Shown here: in pieces, positions 54,376-64,000 of the stretch
Numbering within the stretch: position 1 is the first letter of the stretch
Layout: the number at the start of each line of letters is the position of its first letter
Source: Octopus vulgaris
Lineage: Eukaryota
Assembly (NCBI GenBank): GCA_951406725.2
Contig: OX597834.1
Span: 39,246,001 to 39,310,000, forward strand
DNA length: 64,000 bases
Direction: 5' to 3'
Notes under the pieces: model-generated
Told to the model about the DNA's origin: nothing
What the model saw: only the letters and a program-made list of their open reading frames with translations
The model's database searches: none
Program-made: the position numbers and the translations under genes

Positions 54376-54886
54376 TTATCGTATACACACACACACACGC
54401 AAACTCGCAAATGATGAGCTGTCATAACCATCACTTAATATACGACAGCAATTAAAACACATTTCACATAAGCAGTTATGGCTCTTTCCTAATCATTAAT
54501 ATAAAAAACAAAAACAAACAACACACAACAAAACAGACTCACATTATCCAAACCCGTTAGCATATATCACATATAACAGCTATTATACATGCTTACAGTG
54601 TTTGTTATCAATCCTAATGACTGTATGATACGCATATACAGGATAATGCCATGATTGACAGTGTTGTATTACTGTGTGGTGTATCTACATTTCGGTGTAT
54701 TCAAGACGGGGTAATCACCGTTTACCGAACTAACCACGGTACAAGAATAAACACACGTACACGAGATGTTGGAGATAAAACGTTGATAAGGCGACACTCT
54801 TCCAATGAGACACTATTTGTTTAATACAAACTTTCTACACATCACCATCATCGCTATATATCAATATATATATATACATATTCATA

Positions 54887-54933
<47 letters not shown>

Positions 54934-54937
<4 letters not shown>

Positions 54938-55142
54938 ACAAAATCTGTTACTCTGAGTTTCTCGTTGCCGTTCATCAGACAGTTTTTTCTAGCAAAAACT
55001 GTCTGATGAACGGCAACGAGAAACTCAGAGTAACAGATTTTGTTGATTTTTCTGCTGCTTAAAAATAAAGCATATTACTCTACCACTGGTATTTGAGTAC
55101 TCTTTTTTCCACCTTGTTTCACATTTATGTGTTTACTCCGTC
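54934..55142 (+). mobile_element. Penelope-pLTR/retrozyme-like insert with perfect 54-bp inverted repeat
   Basis: 54934-54987 is the exact reverse complement of 54994-55047. The tail at 55060-55140 is homologous to the reverse complement of 45344-45429. Confidence 0.8.
54999..55036 (+). ncRNA. type I hammerhead ribozyme with intact catalytic core
   Basis: Stem I CTGT/ACAG, core CTGATGA, short stem II (CG-GCAA-CG), GAAA, stem III ACT-CAG-AGT and GTA cleavage triplet. An identical copy lies on the minus strand at 54945-54982. Confidence 0.75.
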
Positions 55143-55256
55143 TATATATATATATATATATTTATGTATATATACATATATATACATACATCTACATGTA
55201 CATATATATATATTCTACACATCACCATCATCGTTATATATCAATATATATACATA

Positions 55257-55312
<56 letters not shown>

Positions 55313-55424
55313 CATATTCATATACATATTCATATATATACATATATTCATATATATATATTTACTCAAACAGACACAAACATACATATATGCACACATA
55401 TATATATACATATATGTATTTATG

Positions 55425-55460
<36 letters not shown>

Positions 55461-55835
55461 TATGTAGATACAAACATATAAATATGCAAAGATGCATGTG
55501 TGTGTGTGTGTGTGTGTATGCATGTATGTATATGCATGGATACATATGTTAACGTTTATTTTGAAGTTATACTGGAAATAATTTTACATTCAATTCAAGA
55601 ATTACTCATTATTTCATAGAATAGAAATTTATTCTACTTCAACAAGAACGGTATTGACAGTAAATACGAAGTCATCATGGAATTAATACACATGCACACA
55701 CGCACCACAGCCAACCATAGAGATTGATAGATAGATAGAGACCAGAGCTCATGTGTGTATATATACATATATACAGATATGGATGTATATATATATATAT
55801 ACACATATATATGAGTATACATACATATATATATG

Positions 55836-55901
<66 letters not shown>

Positions 55902-56016
55902 CATATATGCATATATATATATATTTATATATATACATGTTAAATAAATTGAAACAACAAAGCCAAGGCAGTGTCAAATTTCTAGGACATTTATATAGAG
56001 AAAAATGTGTATATAC

Positions 56017-56085
<69 letters not shown>

Positions 56086-56224
56086 GTATGTATATGCATT
56101 CAAGTGTATGTATGTGTATTTTATGCATATGTATTATGAGTCTATGATGTAAAAATTAGAAAGAAATTGAATGAAGAACAAATTTATATATATAGGGATG
56201 ATATATATATATGTATATATATAT

Positions 56225-56255
<31 letters not shown>

Positions 56256-56276
56256 TAAATATATACGCATACATAC

Positions 56277-56356
<80 letters not shown>

Positions 56357-57534
56357 ATACATATATATATATATCAATGTATATATATAAAATCATACAT
56401 ATCTATAAATATTGTGTGTGTATGTACAGTACAATGCATATACATATTTATATAACAATATAATATATTTCTCTTTCTCTCTCTCTCTCTCTCCCACACA
56501 CAGACACTTTATCTACACACACACACACATGTACATATATGTAGATATGATTACATATTCAAACGAATTTAACAAAAACTTCGTAGTATAGTTATACACC
56601 ATAATATTTATACACTAAAAATATACATCAGGATTAATAGTCTTATATATATGTATGTGTGTGTGTGTGTTTATGCATGTATATATATATTAATACATAT
56701 ATATATGCATATATATATATATGTACACATACATGTATAAGCATATATATATCTATATATACATATATAAAGATATATATTTATATATATACGCATACAT
56801 ATATATATATATGTGTGTGTTTGTGCGTGTCTATGTGTGTATATCTATACATACATGCAAGCATACACTCAAACATACACACACACGCATACACAGCACA
56901 CACAAATGTGCAAACTGTGTGTAAATCATAATAAAAATACGGAATGAACATTTTCGGTATCCGAGTGTTTATTTCTGTATTAATATTGCAAGTGACGTTT
57001 GCAGACTTTGATCTCGGTGTGTTCTGATTCGAGTTCAAATAGCAGCTATGTTAATTCCGAATTTCATCCGTCCAGGGACGACAAAGTAAGGTCCTAACCT
57101 AGCATTGGAATCGATGTTATCAACTAGCCACAAAAGACCCGCCAAATTGCTTGGGTTGCACCCGATTCAGAAAACACTGCACTAACATTCATGCAAAAAG
57201 CGTCATTATACACACATACATACATACAAACATATATAATTCATATATGAATATATGTATATATATATATATATGAAGGTATATCTACACACACACACAT
57301 TCATGTATATATATATATATATATATATGGATATGTATGTACGCACACATGTATATAGATAGTCACCGTTAGTCATACTTAGGGACCATTGAATTTTTCC
57401 TTATAATTTTGTGGATATATACATATGTAATTAAGAAATATGTATATATATATGAATATATTAGTACATATATATATATATATGTGTATCTATCTATATT
57501 TGATTATATATGTATATATACGTATGAATATATG

Positions 57535-57579
<45 letters not shown>

Positions 57580-57584
57580 GTATG

Positions 57585-57675
<91 letters not shown>

Positions 57676-57986
57676 TTTGATACTTTGATACTTTGATAGG
57701 TCTCGGCCATTATTGGCCCAGGCCATGTTTAACTTAGTAGCAACACATAAACATATACATATATATAAGTATATTAATGTATGTGTATGTATAACAGATA
57801 TACACATACATATATATTGATGCGTGTGCGTGTGGTCTGCTGTCCTGTAGACATGCAATGTGTTTTAGTTGCTGTGCATATTGCATGTATTATATTTGAA
57901 CGTAGAATAGATGCACACATCAGCGCACACACGTACACACATACGCTGCATGCGTGTGGCTTTGTGCAATTGAAATATATGTATAC

Positions 57987-58031
<45 letters not shown>

Positions 58032-58143
58032 TGTATATACACATATACATATATATACATACATACATATATATATGTATACATATATATATTTATATAT
58101 ATATATTATATATATATATATGAGTCTGTGTGTATACATGTAT

Positions 58144-58204
<61 letters not shown>

Positions 58205-58351
58205 GACACACACATGTGTCTGTATACATTTATAAATGTATATATGTATATATGTACACACACCCACACAAACACATATATAAATACATACATATATATA
58301 TATACATACATACATATATATATATATATAAACGCACATATGTATATATGA

Positions 58352-58404
<53 letters not shown>

Positions 58405-58487
58405 CATATATATACATAGACATATGCATACACGCTTACATAGATTTATGCATAAATTCATTTATAAATTGATAGTTAAACAGATAG

Positions 58488-58549
<62 letters not shown>

Positions 58550-58783
58550 GTTGGAAGATGTTCGTTCCTCTGTAGAGACTACTCAAGTGTTTAAACTTTA
58601 TAACTATATGTCGTTGCACATATAATACAAAGTCTGATAATGGTTGCAGTTTTGGTAATTTTTTTTCCGATTCACTACAACAAGAATAATACGAAAAAAA
58701 TGCGTATACGTTCACTGAAATAGTTGTACACACACACACACACATAAACACACAAAGGTTCGTGCATGTAGCTGTGTATATAC

Positions 58784-58830
<47 letters not shown>

Positions 58831-59040
58831 GTGTGTGCGTATGTGTGTATATACGCACACAGATGTATGTATATATATATATATACATACATAGACATAT
58901 AAGTATATACATATACATGTACATACAAACGCATATATATATATATGTGTGTGTGTATGTATGCCTCTATATATAAGTATATATATACATATAGATATAT
59001 GTATATATGTGTATATGTATATCTGTATCTCTCTCTCTCT

Positions 59041-59096
<56 letters not shown>

Positions 59097-59178
59097 CTGT
59101 ATATATAAGTTCTCTCTCTCTCCCTATATATATATATATATATATATGTATTTATATGTATGTATGTGTGTGTATGTG

Positions 59179-59308
<130 letters not shown>

Positions 59309-59424
59309 TGGTTTGTGGAATTTATACGATGACTTGGTGGGGAGGCAGAATCTCATGGATTGGCAATTAAAAAGTTTGGTAACTTTGTAACTTTTGCTAG
59401 AGAAAAATAATAAGAATTTTTTCA

Positions 59425-59602
59425 ATTATAGGCACAAGGCCAGAAATTTTGGTGGAGCGGGTTGGTCGATTATGGCAGGGCGTAACTGCTACTTACTTCA
59501 TCGACCCCGAAAGGATGAAAAGCAAAGTTAACCTCGGCAAAGTTTGAACTCAGAATGTGAAGGCGGACTAAATGATGCTTAGCATTTCCTCCGAAGTGCT
59601 AA
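59425..59602 (-). mobile_element. SINE family B
   Basis: ATCGACCCCGAAAGGATGAAAAGCAAAGTTAACCTCGGC...TTTGAACTCAGAA. Confidence 0.8.
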
Positions 59603-59622
59603 ATAAGGCTTATCCTCTTAAT

Positions 59623-59711
<89 letters not shown>

Positions 59712-59830
59712 TAATAATAATAATTATAAAGACAATGATGATGATAACACACCTCGGTAATGCAGACGTGTGGCAGGTGATGCAGTAAAAATCTCACTGT
59801 AACATATACATATGTCAATATGTATATGTT

Positions 59831-59883
<53 letters not shown>

Positions 59884-60140
59884 TATATATACTATATATA
59901 TAATATATATAATCTATATAAATTATATATATATTATATATATATATACTATACATATGTACATGATATATAATATATATATACTATATATAATATATAA
60001 TATATATACACTATATTATATATTATGTACATATGTAATATATATATATATACTATATATATAATATGTATACTATAGACATTATATATAATATACAATA
60101 TATATATACTAATATATAATGTATATATTATACGTATACA

Positions 60141-60214
<74 letters not shown>

Positions 60215-60985
60215 CTATACATATATATACTATAATATGTGTGTGTGTTTTAGAAACACACATATTATTCACACCTTTATGCTATTACATGTGTTATTGA
60301 AGTAGCTTCTAATGGATACATGGTATCGCTCTAAACTTTATTTCGCTACGAATACTTACATTGGTATCAGGTTATTTTAGTATAATATAAATGCATGTAT
60401 ATATGTCTAAATGTATGTATATATCTGTATATGTATATTAATAATAGTTATATATAACATATATATATATATATATATCAGATATCAAATATATCTCTTT
60501 ATGCTTATATATATATGCATATATGTATAAATATACATGTATATATATATATATATATACACGTATGTATGAGTGCATATAAACTTGCATATATGGCAAA
60601 GCAGAAATTGTGTTTGAAATTCGCTGCATTTTTTTTTTATTATATGATTAATTCTGCGAGTGGCGTGAATATTAATTTGAATAAAGATTAAATATACTTT
60701 GCCCTCAATAACTCGTTTGACTACTACAACTACTGCACCACATCGTCTGATACTACCAATCAACCAACAACAACAACAACAACAGCAACATCTAAACCAA
60801 CAGGGATAAGATGCTTTCTATAATATATTCTTGGATAAAGTTCCTTGTTTATAGTTCAATGTGGGACACGACTCATCGACTAAGGACCAGCGAAAACAGA
60901 GAAGCCCGATTTGAAACTAATAAATATTGCTCATCATTACTAGACATTATGATTGTTATTACAATTACAATTATTATTATTATTA

Positions 60986-61026
<41 letters not shown>

Positions 61027-61027
61027 G

Positions 61028-61104
<77 letters not shown>

Positions 61105-61836
61105 GTTATTATTATTATTATTGTTATTGTTATTATTATTATTATTATTATTAGTAGTAGTAGTAGTAGTAGTATTAGTATTGTTATTAGTATCATTATT
61201 ATCATCATTATCTTCGTCACAAGTACATTTATGCATTATAAAAAGGGGTTTGTAGAATTGAAATATATTGAAAATTTGAAAGACATTGTGTAAGTGCTGG
61301 TACACACGCACACACATACACAGACATACACGCGCACAAACATAAACAAACATATACAGGCTCACATGTACATGCAGTGCTATATATACATACATCTATA
61401 CGTGTGTGTGTGTGCGTGTGTGCACGTGTGTGTGGTTGTATGCATCTATCTAGCTATCTGTCTGTCTATCTATCCATCTATCTACCTATATCAATATCTA
61501 TCTATCAATCTATCTATCTTTTTCTCTCTGTCTGTCTCTCTCTATATATATGTGAGTGTGTCTGTGTGTATATATGTATATATATGTGTGTGTCTGTGTA
61601 TATATACTCGTTTGTGTAAATGTGTGAGACTGTTTCGGTATAAATATTCATCCTATAAACGGTATTTTGTCGATGCATATCGAAATATCTACTTTTTTAT
61701 CTTCATCTAAACATCACTTTATATAAAACTTCACACTTTATATATGGACGGAAATTTCTTCACCCATAAAAACCATGCTTACATCTGCTCGTCCATTCGT
61801 AGATACACACAAACATACGCACGTATATATACATAT

Positions 61837-61882
<46 letters not shown>

Positions 61883-62032
61883 CTGTGTGTGTATGTATGC
61901 ATATTTACAAGTACGTATATACAGTTATAGAGATAGATAGATAAACATACTTGTTCCCGTATTTATATAGATATATATACGTATGTATATATGCATATAT
62001 ATAAATATATATACACATGTACATACATATAC

Positions 62033-62086
<54 letters not shown>

Positions 62087-62211
62087 GACTGCATACACAG
62101 AAATCTATGAATATATACATATATATGTATATATTTATATATATCATTACACTTATGTATATACATATGAATGGGTATATATGTATCTCTGTGTAAAGAA
62201 ATAAATATATT

Positions 62212-62295
<84 letters not shown>

Positions 62296-62699
62296 TATAT
62301 ATATATGTATATATATATATGTGTGTATATATATATGCATGTATGTTTGTATGCATATGAAAGTGTATATATGTGCAAAAAATTGTATTACCTGAATATG
62401 CAATTTTCTTTTTGCAAAATTTAATTATAAAACCTTCTACAATACATGTTAGAAATATCAGAAACGTGCGATTGAAAACCACGAACAATTGTTTACAAGT
62501 TTTTTTAAAACTTTCATTTCAATGTTTAAAATCCCTTCTTTTTGAAAAGGGATTTTAAACTCGAAATATAGAAATGTAAGCAGGAATGGTTTGAAATATA
62601 ATTGTTTCAATTCCCTTTTGTTAGAACTTCTCTATTTTCATCATTTGTTGTGGCTGGAGAGAACAATGCAATTTATATTTCATAACGCCTTGATTAAAC

Positions 62700-62751
<52 letters not shown>

Positions 62752-62995
62752 CATATATTATATATTGCTTTTATTGATTGTAGCTGTTCAGTGATGTTAT
62801 TATGTAACGTATACTATTGTTAATAATGTGACAATTGAGGGAAGGAAATTTTTAATGGAAATATAAATATTGTACTGGCAATATGGTTTACAAGCAGAAA
62901 TGTAAATGGGAATGTTTTTCTGTGCTAGAATATATATACACACACATACATACATATATGTATATATATATTTATAATTATTTAAAAAACCCAAC

Positions 62996-63031
<36 letters not shown>

Positions 63032-63142
63032 TAACATACATATATATATATAACTTTATATATGCATACCCATCTATATATATATATATATATGTGTGTA
63101 AACAAATATATATATATATGTAAACAAATATATATATATGTA

Positions 63143-63219
<77 letters not shown>

Positions 63220-63411
63220 TCTAGCTGAATGACGTAATTATTCAATGCCCTTATTGTAATTTTATATATATATATATATATGAATTTATAGGTATATATA
63301 CATACATAAATATATATGTAATATATACATTCGTGTTTGTATATATGTATGTTTGTGTGTATACGTATATATATATATATATATAGATAGATAGATATAA
63401 TTATTTATACA

Positions 63412-63493
<82 letters not shown>

Positions 63494-63619
63494 CATATAC
63501 ACATCATATATATAACACAATCCTGGATTTTTACAGTATATTTTCTAATCAATTATTCACCTTAGTTATATATATATGTATACATAATTACATTTAAATA
63601 TATATATATTTCTGTATAT

Positions 63620-63663
<44 letters not shown>

Positions 63664-64000
63664 ATTTATATATACATACATAAGTATATATGTATGTATG
63701 TATATGTTCTTTTCCTGCAACTCTACTCTCTACATTCACCAGCCTTCTTTGTTATGTATACAACCGATTTCACTTTGATCCATATTATCCGTTATACACC
63801 CATTTCTCATAATTCTGCAATGCATTTTATGTTCGTGTCTTTTATATAAAATTTACTTAATCCGCTCCATTTTGCATTTTTCGCACTCATCTCCCTTTTT
63901 GCTTCAATCCATTCTCTAAACTTTTTAAACTATTTATTCTTACGTAATGTACTGAGACTTCAAATTACTGTCGTTAGCACTTTATACACCCTCCTACACT

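Noticed and set aside
62524-62560. 14-bp hairpin resembling an intrinsic terminator or pre-miRNA
   Set aside because: It is AT-rich and too short for a pre-miRNA, and terminators are not relevant in this eukaryotic context.

Overview
This is AT-rich eukaryotic non-coding DNA saturated with microsatellites ((TA)n, (CA)n, (TATG)n, (TAGA)n, (TAA)n, (TAG)n, (ATC)n, (ACC)n, (GAA)n). The microsatellite load and SINE repertoire resemble a coleoid cephalopod (Octopus-like) genome; this is inference from recognition, not a database result. I found no credible host protein-coding exon, and nearly all listed ORFs are translated microsatellites. The real coding remnants are all transposon debris: mariner and Tc1 transposase pieces (one with D-36-E spacing) and two 3' ends of restriction-like-endonuclease LINEs (R4/Dong-like) next to (TAA)n. 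Non-coding mobile DNA includes four or more tRNA-derived SINE families, a TAA-tailed ~550-bp repeat, a non-autonomous Helitron, hAT and mariner MITEs, and an inverted-repeat element with SINE-like arms. The strongest unannotated signal is a set of short elements in TA microsatellites that carry minimal or variant type-I hammerhead ribozyme motifs. Several are folded back into long palindromes, so both strands carry the motif. They look like Penelope-like pseudo-LTRs or retrozyme-like elements. Short unique islands between repeats carry TF-motif clusters and may be cis-regulatory. Coordinates were read by eye, and element edges are approximate.
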